DNA of 63,983 nucleotides, filler included, from an uncultured bacterium (GTDB lineage Bacteria; CAYJRR01), in NCBI GenBank assembly GCA_964372275.1. It is 3 parts of 3 records of this genome, joined end to end, with 100 filler letters (N's around TTAATTAATTAA, not from the genome) between each part and the next. Parts side by side here need not be neighbours in the genome. Positions count along the whole stretch, not along the records: positions 1 to 25,698 come from CAYJRR010000067.1; 2 more parts are not named here. One strand, given 5' to 3'. The translations under genes were made by a program, and so were the position numbers. Positions 10,014 through 19,378 of the stretch are shown here, one piece after another. Numbering within the stretch: position 1 is the stretch's first letter; each line of letters begins with the position of its first letter. The notes below the pieces were generated by a model that was not told where the DNA came from, ran no database searches, and worked only from the letters and a program-made list of their open reading frames with translations.

Positions 10014-10934
10014 CTAGTGCCTTGCCGCTTTCGTGCCCACCGCGTCGACGGCGAGACGGGCCAGCGCCCCCGCCCCCGCCCCCGGCAGCGTCCGGGCGAT
10101 CGACACCGCTTCCGCCAGGAGGACCTCGGCCTTCGACCGCGCCGCCTCTTCGCCGAGCACCGCCGGAAAGGTCGCCTTTCCTTGCGCGACGTCCCTTCCC
10201 GTCGCCGCGTCGACGAGGTCGTCGGCGATCTGGAACGCCAGCCCCAGGGTCTCGCCGTACGCGCGCAGCGACTGCAGGTCCCTCCCGCGGGCCCCCGCGG
10301 CGATCCCGCCGAGAACCGCCGCCGCGCCGAACAGCGCCCCGGTCTTCCTGCGAGCCATCTCCAAAAGCGAGTCGGGATCGGTGGCCGGGATCCCGAGGCG
10401 CTCGACGAACCGTCCCTCCGCGGCGAGGTCGAGCACCTGGCCACCGACCATCCCTGCCGCCCCGGCGGCCTCGGCCAGGACGACGACCGCCTGCGCGCGG
10501 CGCGCCGTCGGCACCGCCGGCGCGCGGCCGATCACCGCGAACGCCTGCGTCAGGAGCGCGTCGCCGGCGAGGATCGCGGTCGCTTCGTCGAAGGCGCGAT
10601 GCACGGTCGGCCGGCCGCGGCGACGGTCGTCGTCGTCCATCGCGGGGAGGTCGTCGTGGACGAGCGAATAGGCGTGGACCATCTCCACCGCGCAGGCGAA
10701 CGACAGCGCCCCCGGCGAGGCGGGCCGATCGACGGCCTCCGCGGCCGCGAGCACCACCCGCGGCCGCAACCGCTTGCCGGGCCCCAGGAGCGCGTGCCGG
10801 ATCGCGGCGCCGAGCGGCTCCGGGGTCCGCATCCCGTCGAGCTCGCGGCGAAGCGCCCCCTCGATCGCGGCACGGCGTGCCTCGACCGACGGGGGCGTCG
10901 GGCGCCCGGCTTCGATCTCAGCCGTCCTTCCCAT
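10014..10934 (-). CDS. ispA: Farnesyl/geranylgeranyl diphosphate synthase
   Basis: GKRLRP, SLVHDDLPAMDDDDRRRGRPT, GMVGGQ, FQIADD; lies in xseB-ispA-dxs operon. Confidence 0.93.
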   Translation of the reverse strand: MGRTAEIEAGRPTPPSVEARRAAIEGALRRELDGMRTPEPLGAAIRHALLGPGKRLRPRVVLAAAEAVDRPASPGALSFACAVEMVHAYSLVHDDLPAMDDDDRRRGRPTVHRAFDEATAILAGDALLTQAFAVIGRAPAVPTARRAQAVVVLAEAAGAAGMVGGQVLDLAAEGRFVERLGIPATDPDSLLEMARRKTGALFGAAAVLGGIAAGARGRDLQSLRAYGETLGLAFQIADDLVDAATGRDVAQGKATFPAVLGEEAARSKAEVLLAEAVSIARTLPGAGAGALARLAVDAVGTKAARH

Positions 10935-11163
10935 GCGCCTTCCCCTCGAACGGGACTTTGGTTCCGTCCGCGAGGAGGAGTTGAACCTTCTTTTCCACGG
11001 CGTCGAGGCGCCCGTGGCAGAAGGTCGACAGCCGCACACCCTCCTCGAACGCCGCGAGCGATTCGTCGAGCGGCAACTCGCCCGCCTCGAGCCTGCGCAC
11101 GATCCCCTCCAGTCGCTCCAGCGCCGCCTCGAAGGTGAGGTTTTCGTTCGACGTCGGGTCCAT
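10918..11163 (-). CDS. xseB: Exodeoxyribonuclease VII small subunit
   Basis: FEAALERLEGIVRRLEAGELPLDESLAAFEEGVRL. Confidence 0.95.
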   Translation of the reverse strand: MDPTSNENLTFEAALERLEGIVRRLEAGELPLDESLAAFEEGVRLSTFCHGRLDAVEKKVQLLLADGTKVPFEGKAHGKDG

Positions 11164-11173
11164 TTGGCCGGGA

Positions 11174-11202
11174 ACACTACGAAATCGGCGAGGGGAGGTC
11201 AA
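11174..11202 (-). promoter_or_regulatory. Sigma70 promoter for xseB-ispA-dxs
   Basis: TTGACC-N17-TAGTGT on the minus strand. Confidence 0.7.
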
Positions 11203-11345
11203 TCGCCGACGCCGGCGCGCGTCGGCGAGCGCGGCGTCGTCAACGCGGTTTGCATTTCGCCAACGGCGGCGGCGGCCGCGCATCGCGTAACGCCGCGATC
11301 CTCCTTCGACCCGAGGTCGGAACGACGCCTGCACCGGGGATGCGC

Positions 11346-12068
11346 ATGCTCCCTCTCACCCTTGCCGCCACGCTCCTGCTCGCCGCCGGCCCCTACGACT
11401 CCGCGAAGGCGGAGATCGAGCGCCGTCGCGCGGCCCTCGCCGCGCAATGGGCCGTCGCGGAAACGGCCGCCGACCGCCTCGCCCTCCGCGCCGACGCGCG
11501 CGCCGCCGCGTTCGATGCGATCGTCCACCGTCTCCTACCCGAGTGGTTCGGCACGCCGTGGGCCTTCGAAGGGACGACCCAGACCCCGCGGCAAGGAACG
11601 ATCGCGTGCGGCTACCTCGTCTCGACGGTGCTGCGCGACGCCGGGCTGCGGGTGGAACGTGTCCGGCTGGCCCAACAGGCGTCGGCGGCGATCGTGGAGA
11701 CGCTAAGCGGATCCGAAAACGTTGAGATCTACAGAGGACTTGACCCGTCGGAGCTCATCCGACGGTTGAAGCTTCGCGGCGACGGGCTCTACGCCCTCGG
11801 GCTCGACTTCCACGTCGGGTTCCTGGTACTCGACGGCGAACGCGCCGACCTCTGCCACGCGTCCTACCTTCCGCCGGCGATCGCGACCTGCGAGCCGGCG
11901 GCGACCTCCCCGGCGATCGTCTCGAACACGCACGTCGTCGGTCCGATCCTCCACGATCGCCGGGTGGAAGACTGGCTCACCGGCTCGCCGATCGCTACCG
12001 CATCCAGCGGTCGGCCCAAACGGCGATGCTGTCCATCACCGGGCGCAGCGACCTCCCCTTCGCGGTGA
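11346..12068 (+). CDS. Secreted hypothetical protein, possible NlpC/P60-like (papain-fold) enzyme
   Basis: Signal peptide; WFGTPWAFEG...IACGYLVS...FHVGF gives a candidate Cys/His pair. Confidence 0.65.
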   Translation: MLPLTLAATLLLAAGPYDSAKAEIERRRAALAAQWAVAETAADRLALRADARAAAFDAIVHRLLPEWFGTPWAFEGTTQTPRQGTIACGYLVSTVLRDAGLRVERVRLAQQASAAIVETLSGSENVEIYRGLDPSELIRRLKLRGDGLYALGLDFHVGFLVLDGERADLCHASYLPPAIATCEPAATSPAIVSNTHVVGPILHDRRVEDWLTGSPIATASSGRPKRRCCPSPGAATSPSR

Positions 12069-12315
12069 GGACGTAGTGCACCGAGACCGGGCGGTCGCCC
12101 TCCACCTCGCGTTCGACGAGCCCGAGCTCCTCGAGCTCCTTGAGCCGCTCCGACAGGAGCCGATCCGACAGCTCCGGAATCCGCTCCTTGAGCTCGGTGA
12201 ACCGCGCCGAGCCGGCGAACAGCGATTGCAAGATCGCGCCGGTCCAGCGCCGTCCGATCATCTCCACCGTGCGGTGGAAACGGGGACACACTTTGTCGTC
12301 GTCTCGTCTCGACAT
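11995..12315 (-). CDS. HxlR-family winged-helix regulator
   Basis: CP...IGRRWTGAIL...LSERLKELEELGLVER...YVLT.KG. Confidence 0.92.
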   Translation of the reverse strand: MSRRDDDKVCPRFHRTVEMIGRRWTGAILQSLFAGSARFTELKERIPELSDRLLSERLKELEELGLVEREVEGDRPVSVHYVLTAKGRSLRPVMDSIAVWADRWMR

Positions 12316-12339
12316 GGCCCCTTGACGGATCGATTGTAG

Positions 12340-12368
12340 TTGACTTACTCTTCGTAAGCGACTAATGA
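12340..12368 (+). promoter_or_regulatory. yceI promoter with CTTAC-N5-GTAAG inverted repeat (probable HxlR operator)
   Basis: TTGACT at 12340 overlaps the palindrome at 12344-12358 between divergent genes. Confidence 0.6.
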
Positions 12369-12396
12369 AACATTACTCATCCGAAAGGAACCCGCC

Positions 12397-13029
12397 ATGA
12401 GCCACCGGATCCTCGCCGCCACGCTTTCCCTCCTCCCCGCCTTCGCTCCCTGGACCGGCGCCGCCGCGAAGTCGTCGGAGCCCAAGGCGGCGGCCGCCCC
12501 GGCCCCCTCCGTGTGGACGATCGACGCCTCCCACTCGTCGGTCACCTTCAGCGTGCGGCACATGATGATCACCGATGTGCGCGGGGAGTTCGGATCGGTC
12601 GCCGGGGAGATCACGATCGACGAAGGCGACCTGGCCCGCTCGAAGGTGGAAGCGACGGTCGACCCGGCGACGGTCAACACCCGCGAGCCGAAACGCGACA
12701 AGCACCTTCGCTCGGCCGACTTCTTCGACGTGGAGAAGCACAAGGAGGCGCGGTTCGTCTCGAGCAGGGTGGAACCCGCCGGCGACAAGCGGCTGAGGGT
12801 GTCCGGCGATCTCACCCTGCGCGGCGTGACCCGGCCCGTCACGATGGAGGTCACCTACACCGATCCGATCCGGGACTCCCGCGGCACCACCAAGCGCGGA
12901 GCGAAGGCGACGACGACGATCAAGCGCGCCGACTGGGGGCTCACCTGGAACAAGGCGCTCGAGTCCGGCGGCGTGCTGGTCTCGGACGAGGTGGCGCTCA
13001 CGCTGGATCTGGAGCTGAACCGGAAGTAA
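12397..13029 (+). CDS. yceI: YceI-family polyisoprenoid-binding protein
   Basis: WTIDASHSSVTFSVRHMM, RDKHLRSADFFD, GDLTLRGVT. Confidence 0.93.
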   Translation: MSHRILAATLSLLPAFAPWTGAAAKSSEPKAAAAPAPSVWTIDASHSSVTFSVRHMMITDVRGEFGSVAGEITIDEGDLARSKVEATVDPATVNTREPKRDKHLRSADFFDVEKHKEARFVSSRVEPAGDKRLRVSGDLTLRGVTRPVTMEVTYTDPIRDSRGTTKRGAKATTTIKRADWGLTWNKALESGGVLVSDEVALTLDLELNRK

Positions 13030-13041
13030 CGTCGCGCGCGG

Positions 13042-14853
13042 ATGCGAAGCGATCCGCACTCCTGGTTCGACCCGGCGCAAGGCGTCACCCGGGAGATCAC
13101 GCTCTGGCTCTCCGCCGATTTCGACGCGCACGTCCTCTCGGGAACGGCGCGGCTCGCCTTCCGCGAGCCGCTGGCCGGCGGACCGCTCGACCTCGACACC
13201 CGCGACCTGGAGATCCGCGCCGTCCGGGCCGCGACCGGGCCGGCGGGGCCGGCGCCGGTGCCGTTCGCCCTCGACCTCGCCGACCCGATCCTCGGGCACC
13301 GCCTGCGGATCGACGCCCCACGCGGCGCGACGACGATCGAGATCGACTACGCCACCCGACCGGCGGCGAGCGCCTTGCAGTGGCTCTCCCCCGCGCAGAC
13401 CGCGGGGGGAAAGCGTCCCTTCCTGTTCAGCCAGGCGCAGGCGATCCACGCCCGCAGCATCGTCCCGCTGCAGGACAGTCCGGCGGCTCGGATCGTCTAT
13501 CGCGCCGAGATCGACGTGCCGAAGGGATTGCGGGCCCTGATGTCGGCCGCCTCGACCCACGGACGCAAGGAGATCGCCGGTCGCACCACCTACGCCTTCC
13601 AGATGGAGCAGTCGATCCCGCCCTACCTCCTGGCACTGGCGGTCGGCGATCTGCACGGGAAGGACTTGGGCCGGCGCTCCCGGGTGTGGGCCGAGCGCGA
13701 GGTGCTCGACCGGGCGGCCTGGGAGTTCGCCGATGTACCGCGGATGATGGAGGCGGCGGAGCGTCTCTTCGGCCCCTACGACTGGGAGCGCTTCGACCTG
13801 CTGGTGATGCCGCCGTCGTTCCCCTACGGCGGGATGGAGAACCCGCGGATCACCTTCCTCACCCCCACCCTGCTCGCCGGCGACCGGAGCCTGGTCGACG
13901 TCGTCGCCCACGAGCTGGCGCACTCCTGGACCGGCAACCTGGTCAGCAACGCCAGCGCGAACGACTTCTGGCTCAACGAAGGGTTCACCGTCTACGCCGA
14001 ACGGCGCATCGTCGAAGCGCTCCACGGACCGGAGCGTGCCGCGATCCAGGCGCGCGTCGGCCGTCTGACGCTGGAGGAGGACCTGCGGCGATTCGGCGAC
14101 GGCAGCCCGCTGACCCGGTTGCGCACCGAGCTCGCCGGCGTCGACCCCGACGAGGTCTTTTCGCTCGTCCCCTACGAGAAGGGGTACCTCTTCCTGGTCT
14201 GCCTGGAGCGCGCCGCCGGACGCGCCGAGTTCGACCGCTTCCTCCGCCGCTACCTGACGACGTACCGCTTCCGATCCATCACCACCGCCGACTTCCTGGG
14301 AACACTGGAGGCGGAGCTGCCCGGCCTGTCGGCCCGCGTCGACGCCGGCCGTTGGATCGACGGCGCCGGTCTTCCCGGAGACGCCCCGACCTTTTCGGCT
14401 CCGACGCTGGACGCGGTCGACCGGCTCTCGCGCGAGTGGACCACCGGCCGCCGCCCGACCGCGGAGGAGGCTCGTGCCTGGACCTCCGACGAATGGCAGC
14501 TCTACCTGCGCGGGCTCCCGCGCCCGATCGGCGGCGACGACTGCCGGACGCTCGACGAGCGGTTCGCCCTCACCGGGCGCGGGAACATGGAGGTGCTGGT
14601 CGCGTGGCTGGAGCTCGCCGTGGCCTCGGGCTACGCGCCGGCGGTGGAGCGGACGACGGCGGTGCTGCGCTCGGTCGGGCGGATGAAGTACCTGAAGCCC
14701 CTCTACCGTGCGCTGCTGTCGAGACCGGAGACGGTCGCGCTCGCGCGCGAAACGTTCGCCGCCGCGGAGGCGGGGTACCACGCGATCGCGGCGGCCGGCA
14801 TCCGCGGCATCCTCGCGGCGGCCGAGAACCCGGCCCCGGAGCCGAAGCCGTAG
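13042..14853 (+). CDS. M1-family aminopeptidase (leukotriene A4 hydrolase-like)
   Basis: FPYGGMENP, HELAH...WLNEG, PYEKG, GRMKY motifs. Confidence 0.95.
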   Translation: MRSDPHSWFDPAQGVTREITLWLSADFDAHVLSGTARLAFREPLAGGPLDLDTRDLEIRAVRAATGPAGPAPVPFALDLADPILGHRLRIDAPRGATTIEIDYATRPAASALQWLSPAQTAGGKRPFLFSQAQAIHARSIVPLQDSPAARIVYRAEIDVPKGLRALMSAASTHGRKEIAGRTTYAFQMEQSIPPYLLALAVGDLHGKDLGRRSRVWAEREVLDRAAWEFADVPRMMEAAERLFGPYDWERFDLLVMPPSFPYGGMENPRITFLTPTLLAGDRSLVDVVAHELAHSWTGNLVSNASANDFWLNEGFTVYAERRIVEALHGPERAAIQARVGRLTLEEDLRRFGDGSPLTRLRTELAGVDPDEVFSLVPYEKGYLFLVCLERAAGRAEFDRFLRRYLTTYRFRSITTADFLGTLEAELPGLSARVDAGRWIDGAGLPGDAPTFSAPTLDAVDRLSREWTTGRRPTAEEARAWTSDEWQLYLRGLPRPIGGDDCRTLDERFALTGRGNMEVLVAWLELAVASGYAPAVERTTAVLRSVGRMKYLKPLYRALLSRPETVALARETFAAAEAGYHAIAAAGIRGILAAAENPAPEPKP

Positions 14854-14857
14854 AGAG

Positions 14858-14962
14858 AACTGAAAATGGAAAATGGAAAACCGGCCGATGAAAAATGGGC
14901 CCGGCGCCGCGTCGGTTCTCCGTTGACCGGTTTTTCATTTTCCATTTTCCAGTTTCAATTTT
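14858..14962. repeat. Palindromic heptad-repeat element, copy B (inverted homolog of copy A)
   Basis: GAACTGAAAATGGAAAATGGAAAACCGG...TTGACCGGTTTTTCATTTTCCATTTTCCAG. Confidence 0.9.
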
Positions 14963-17084
14963 CGGCGCGGCGACCCGAAACGAGCTCGTCGGCGAGCCCG
15001 TCCGCGTCGTAGATCACCTGCAGCGCGTGCAGGATCGCCCGCGCGTCGACCGCCACCGCCCGCTTTCGCGCCGGATCGAACCAGAACGCGCCCCCCAGGG
15101 AGTGGATGTTCCCGTCGAAGACCAGTCCCACCACCCGTCCCCGCGAGTCGACGACCGGGCTCCCGGAGTTCCCGCCGATCGTGTCGTTGTCGGTGACGAA
15201 GTTGAACGGAACGTCGGGGTCGATCGCCCGCTTCCGGTCGAGCCACCGCTTCGGCAACGCGAACGGCTCGGACCCCGTCGCGCGGCCGAACGTCCCGCCG
15301 ATGGTGGTGAACGGCGCCACGACGGTGCCGTCGGGCTCGGTCAGCCCACGAACCCGTCCGACGCTCAAGCGGAGCGTGCCGGTGGCGTCGGGGTAGCGCT
15401 TCACCGGCGACAACGCGAACCCGGCGCGCGCGACCTTCTCGCCGTTTTTCCGCTCCGGGCCCTCCACCTCGTCCTCCCACCGCCGCCGCACGTCGCGCGC
15501 ATCGGCGTCGAGTCGCTTGGCGAGAAGGACCATCGGATCGTCCGAGGCGGCGATCGCCGGCGCCCCCCCGTTCCACAGGCGTCGCCGCTCCGCCGGGTCG
15601 GCGAGGCGGGTCCCCGCCACCACGGCACGCGCGACCGCGTCGGGGGAGTCGGATCCGAGCGCGGCCCTCACCGTCGGATCGTCGGGTCCCAGCGCCTCGC
15701 GCATCTTGGTCAACGAAAAGGCGATCTTCCGTTCCTCCAGCGCCGCATGGACCGGCGCCGTCGAGAAGAGCTTCGCTTCGAGCGACGGGATCGCCGTGCC
15801 GCGGAACTCGCGCAGCCGCCCGGCGTCGGGCTTGGCCCTCTCCGCAGCCCCGCGCACCAACGTCCTTGCGTGCGCGAAGAGCGCCCCCGAGATCCCCAGG
15901 CCGGCGTGCCCTTCGACGGTGCTGTAGCGGGCGAACAGGCGACGTTTCGCAGCTTGCGCCGCCTCGATCGCCTCCCACGCACCGCCGTAGGCCGCCCGCG
16001 CCGCCGGATCGGCCGCAACCTTGCCGCGAAGGGCCGCCTCCGCCTCCGCCTGTCGCCCGGCGAACGCGTCGTCGTTCAGGGTGTCGAGATAGCCGCGGTA
16101 CCGCTTGAGGTAGTTGAGCGCCGAATAGAGGTCGCGCTTGGCGATCCGGGCCGACTCGGCGTCGCGGCGGCCGAACTCGTCCATCGCCCCGCGCCATTCG
16201 GACAGGCGAAGGAGGATCGCCGGATACTCCACGTCGCGCAGGAAGTCCTGCTGCGCCCCGGTGAGCAGCCGTTGCGTCGCCCCGGGGTGTCCGGCGACGA
16301 AGACCGGATCCCCCTCCTTCACGCCGTCGGTCGACCACGGAAGGTGGTGCGGCGTCGACGCAGGCTTCCCGTCCTCCCACGCCCGCAGGAAGGCGACGTC
16401 CAGGTTCCAACGAGGGAATTCGTAGTTGTCGGGGTCCCCGCCGAAGAAGGCGATGTCGAATTCGGGGGCGAATACCAGACGCACGTCGGTCCAGACCCGG
16501 TACTCGTACAGGTGGTACGCGCCGCCGTGAAACAGCGTCACCACTTCGCAGCGCGTCCGTTCGTCCCCCGCGGCGCCGCGCCCGCGCTTCCCCGATCCCC
16601 GCGCATCGACGCACCTCTTCTCCAGGCGCGCCATCTCCGCCTTCTGCGCGTCGACGAACGCCTTGTCGGTCTTCCCCTTGGTCGCCGCGAGGACCTTTTC
16701 CGTGACGTCCTCGATCGCCACCAAGTGGCGCGCCTCCATCGCCGGACAGCGGCGTTCGTCGGCCGGCGCCGCCGCCCGGAATCCGTTCGCGACGAGGTCG
16801 TCCGCCGCCGTCGAGAGCTCCTGGATGCAGCCCGACGCCACGTGGTGGTTGGTCATGATCAGCCCGTCGCCGGAGACGAACGACCCCGACGCGCCGACCT
16901 TCACCGCCCCCCGCCGCAACCGTTCCAGCCAACCGTCGTCGATCGACACGCCGAATTCGGATCGCACCCGGTCCCGCGGCACGTCGTCGAAGGTCCACAT
17001 CCCCTCCTCGGCCTTCGCGCGCGGCGCGACGAGGAGAAACGCCAACAGTCCGATACGGCGAAACGAGCGGCGATCGATCTTCAT
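14955..17084 (-). CDS. S46-family dipeptidyl peptidase (DPP7/DPP11-like)
   Basis: AEEGMW, SGSFVSGDGLIMTNHH, GGDPDN, YPDATGTLR, DTIGGNSGSP, FDGN. Confidence 0.95.
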   Translation of the reverse strand: MKIDRRSFRRIGLLAFLLVAPRAKAEEGMWTFDDVPRDRVRSEFGVSIDDGWLERLRRGAVKVGASGSFVSGDGLIMTNHHVASGCIQELSTAADDLVANGFRAAAPADERRCPAMEARHLVAIEDVTEKVLAATKGKTDKAFVDAQKAEMARLEKRCVDARGSGKRGRGAAGDERTRCEVVTLFHGGAYHLYEYRVWTDVRLVFAPEFDIAFFGGDPDNYEFPRWNLDVAFLRAWEDGKPASTPHHLPWSTDGVKEGDPVFVAGHPGATQRLLTGAQQDFLRDVEYPAILLRLSEWRGAMDEFGRRDAESARIAKRDLYSALNYLKRYRGYLDTLNDDAFAGRQAEAEAALRGKVAADPAARAAYGGAWEAIEAAQAAKRRLFARYSTVEGHAGLGISGALFAHARTLVRGAAERAKPDAGRLREFRGTAIPSLEAKLFSTAPVHAALEERKIAFSLTKMREALGPDDPTVRAALGSDSPDAVARAVVAGTRLADPAERRRLWNGGAPAIAASDDPMVLLAKRLDADARDVRRRWEDEVEGPERKNGEKVARAGFALSPVKRYPDATGTLRLSVGRVRGLTEPDGTVVAPFTTIGGTFGRATGSEPFALPKRWLDRKRAIDPDVPFNFVTDNDTIGGNSGSPVVDSRGRVVGLVFDGNIHSLGGAFWFDPARKRAVAVDARAILHALQVIYDADGLADELVSGRRAEN

Positions 17085-18058
17085 CGGCTCCTCCGGGAGA
17101 GTTCCCGCCCCTTCCAGTGCGCGACGACGGCGTCCGCGATCCGGTCTCGCCACGCGTCGAAGTCGTGAGAGCCCGACGGGTCGACGGTGCGCCCCACCGA
17201 CGGCGGAAGGCGGCCGAGATGCGCCTCGCAGGGGACGACCTCGTCGCGGGCGCCGTGCACCGCCGAGAAACCCGGCCAGGAACAGAGCCGGTCGAGGGTG
17301 GCACCGTCGAACGCCCCCCACGGGCTCGCGACCCCGATCCGCCACGGCGCGGCGCTCGACGCGGCGACGAGCCCGCCGGCGCTCAAACCGACGACGAGGA
17401 TCGGCGGTTCGAGCGCCAGCGATGCGCTCCATGCCGCCAGCTCGTCGGCCGCTTCCTCCACGAGTCGTTCGACCGAATCGCCGTTGCGGCGCTCCCGCAC
17501 GCGCATCAGCGTCGGCCGTTGGAACCGGGTCTCGCTCCACCCCCGCGCGCGGAGCGCCTCCTCCAGCAGTCGGACCGATCCGACGCCGCTTCCGCCCAGC
17601 CCGTGGAGCAGCAGGACCGAGTCGGGGGCGGTGTCGGGCTCCGCCTCCGGAAAGCACGGCAGGAGACCGGCCCGCCGGCCGTCCCCCGCCACCACCGCCC
17701 GCTGGTCGAACGCCCGGCCCCACCCGACCGCCACCGCCGCCGGGACGTCCCAGATCCAGAAGCTCTCCTCGGCGTGCGTCCCGTCCGGATCGCGGCCGAC
17801 GCACGGAAGGGGGTGGTATCCCTCGCCTCGGATGCGCAGGCCGAGCCGTTCGTTGGCGACGCGGTCGGCCGCCGGGTCGAGCCCCCGGCCGCGTGGAGCC
17901 GCGGCCGTGACGATGGCGAACGGGCGCGCGGGAGCGCGGCCGCCGATCCGGAATTCGCCCGCCCGGGCGCCCGCCACCGGCGGGCCTGCGGCCGGCGTAT
18001 CGGTCCAGACCGCCCGGAGGTAGGTGCGATACTGCGCCCGCAGACTCACCGCGCGCAT
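17081..18058 (-). CDS. DUF3293-like domain fused to a small alpha/beta hydrolase
   Basis: N-half FAIVTA...AN.RL...HAEESF...FDQ.A; C-half LLHGLGG, GLSAGG, HGARDEVVP, GSH. Confidence 0.7.
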   Translation of the reverse strand: MRAVSLRAQYRTYLRAVWTDTPAAGPPVAGARAGEFRIGGRAPARPFAIVTAAAPRGRGLDPAADRVANERLGLRIRGEGYHPLPCVGRDPDGTHAEESFWIWDVPAAVAVGWGRAFDQRAVVAGDGRRAGLLPCFPEAEPDTAPDSVLLLHGLGGSGVGSVRLLEEALRARGWSETRFQRPTLMRVRERRNGDSVERLVEEAADELAAWSASLALEPPILVVGLSAGGLVAASSAAPWRIGVASPWGAFDGATLDRLCSWPGFSAVHGARDEVVPCEAHLGRLPPSVGRTVDPSGSHDFDAWRDRIADAVVAHWKGRELSRRSR

Positions 18059-18059
18059 C

Positions 18060-18359
18060 CTACCCGACCGGAGTCCGGAGCCGCACCGCCGTCGCGCCCC
18101 AACCGCCATGGCTCGCCGGACCGAAGCGTTCCACCGCCGGATGGCGACGAAGCACCGCCTCGACGGTGCGCCGAAGGGAACCGGTCCCCTTCCCATGGAC
18201 GATGCGGACCTCGGCAAGCCCGCGGGCCCGTGCCTGATCGAGATACTCCCAGACCAGGTCCTGGACCTCCCCCGGAGCGAAGGTGTGGAGGTCGAGCTCC
18301 GGCCCGATCGGAACGACCACCGGAACGTCGGGGTCGGGCACGTCGTCGTCGTGTTCCAT
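18060..18359 (-). CDS. Stand-alone Smr/MutS2 C-terminal domain protein
   Basis: LDLH, VRIVHGKGTGSLR, GGWGAT. Confidence 0.92.
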   Translation of the reverse strand: MEHDDDVPDPDVPVVVPIGPELDLHTFAPGEVQDLVWEYLDQARARGLAEVRIVHGKGTGSLRRTVEAVLRRHPAVERFGPASHGGWGATAVRLRTPVG

Positions 18360-18471
18360 GCGGCCGGAAGATAGCAGCGCGCGTCCGCGGGTGCGGTCGC
18401 GACCGCGGCCCCGGACGCGAAGCGCGAAGCTGCGGCCCGGGCGCCGATGCCGTCGCGCTATTCTCCGCACG

Positions 18472-19374
18472 ATGACTCCGTTCTCCTCCCCCGACGCCAT
18501 CACCTCCGCCCTCACCCGCGCGAACTACATCCCCTCCCCCGAGATCTCCACCGTCCTCTACCTCGCGGAGACGCTCCGCAAGCCGATCCTGGTCGAAGGA
18601 CCGGCCGGCGTGGGAAAGACCGACCTGGCGCGCGCGGCGGCGGAGGCGTCCGGGCGCGGGCTGATCCGGCTGCAATGCTACGAAGGGCTCGACGAGGCGA
18701 AGGCGCTGTACGAGTGGGAGTACGCCAAGCAGCTGCTCTACACCCAGATCCTGCGAGACAAGGTCGGGGAGCTCGTGGCGGGGACCCGGACCCTGACCGA
18801 GGCGGTCGAGCGGGTCGCCTCCGCCGAGAGCGCCTTCTTCTCCCGGCGCTTCCTCGTTCCCCGGCCGCTGTTGGCGGCGCTGCTCGCCGACTCGCCGACG
18901 GCGCTCCTGATCGACGAGGTCGACAAGGCCGACCCGGAGTTCGAGGCGTTCCTGCTGGAGATCCTGTCGGAGTGGCAGGTGAGCGTCCCCGAACTGGGAA
19001 CGATCGCCGCCAAGACGCCGCCTCTCACGGTGCTGACCTCCAACGGATCGCGGGAGTTGTCGGACGCGCTCAAGCGCCGCTGCCTCTACCTCTGGCTCGA
19101 TCCGCCGACCGAGGCGCGCGAGCGCGAGATCCTCGTCGCGCGCGTCCCGGCGCTTCCGACGGCGATCGCCGAGGGGGTGGTGGCGGCGGTCCGCCGCCTG
19201 CGGGCGCTCGACCTGCGGAAGGGCCCGGCCGTCGCCGAGGCGATCGACTGGGCGCGGGCGCTGCTGGCGCTCGGCGCGACCAAGCTCGACCGCGCGACCT
19301 TCGCCGCGACCGCCGGTGCCCTCCTCAAACACGAGGAGGACCTCCGCCGCGCCGCCGCCTCGTTCGACCCTTGA
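18472..19374 (+). CDS. MoxR-family AAA+ ATPase (CoxD-like)
   Basis: EGPAGVGKT, LQCYEGLD...LYEW, LLIDEVDK, LSDALKRRC. Confidence 0.95.
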   Translation: MTPFSSPDAITSALTRANYIPSPEISTVLYLAETLRKPILVEGPAGVGKTDLARAAAEASGRGLIRLQCYEGLDEAKALYEWEYAKQLLYTQILRDKVGELVAGTRTLTEAVERVASAESAFFSRRFLVPRPLLAALLADSPTALLIDEVDKADPEFEAFLLEILSEWQVSVPELGTIAAKTPPLTVLTSNGSRELSDALKRRCLYLWLDPPTEAREREILVARVPALPTAIAEGVVAAVRRLRALDLRKGPAVAEAIDWARALLALGATKLDRATFAATAGALLKHEEDLRRAAASFDP

Positions 19375-19378
19375 GGCG

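Noticed and set aside
8142..11138. Very long antisense or alternate-frame ORFs (also 34945-38154, 42430-45354, 46489-49752, 57670-60345)
   Set aside because: Shadow ORFs caused by high GC3 in real genes; Arg/Pro/Gly-rich with no motifs.
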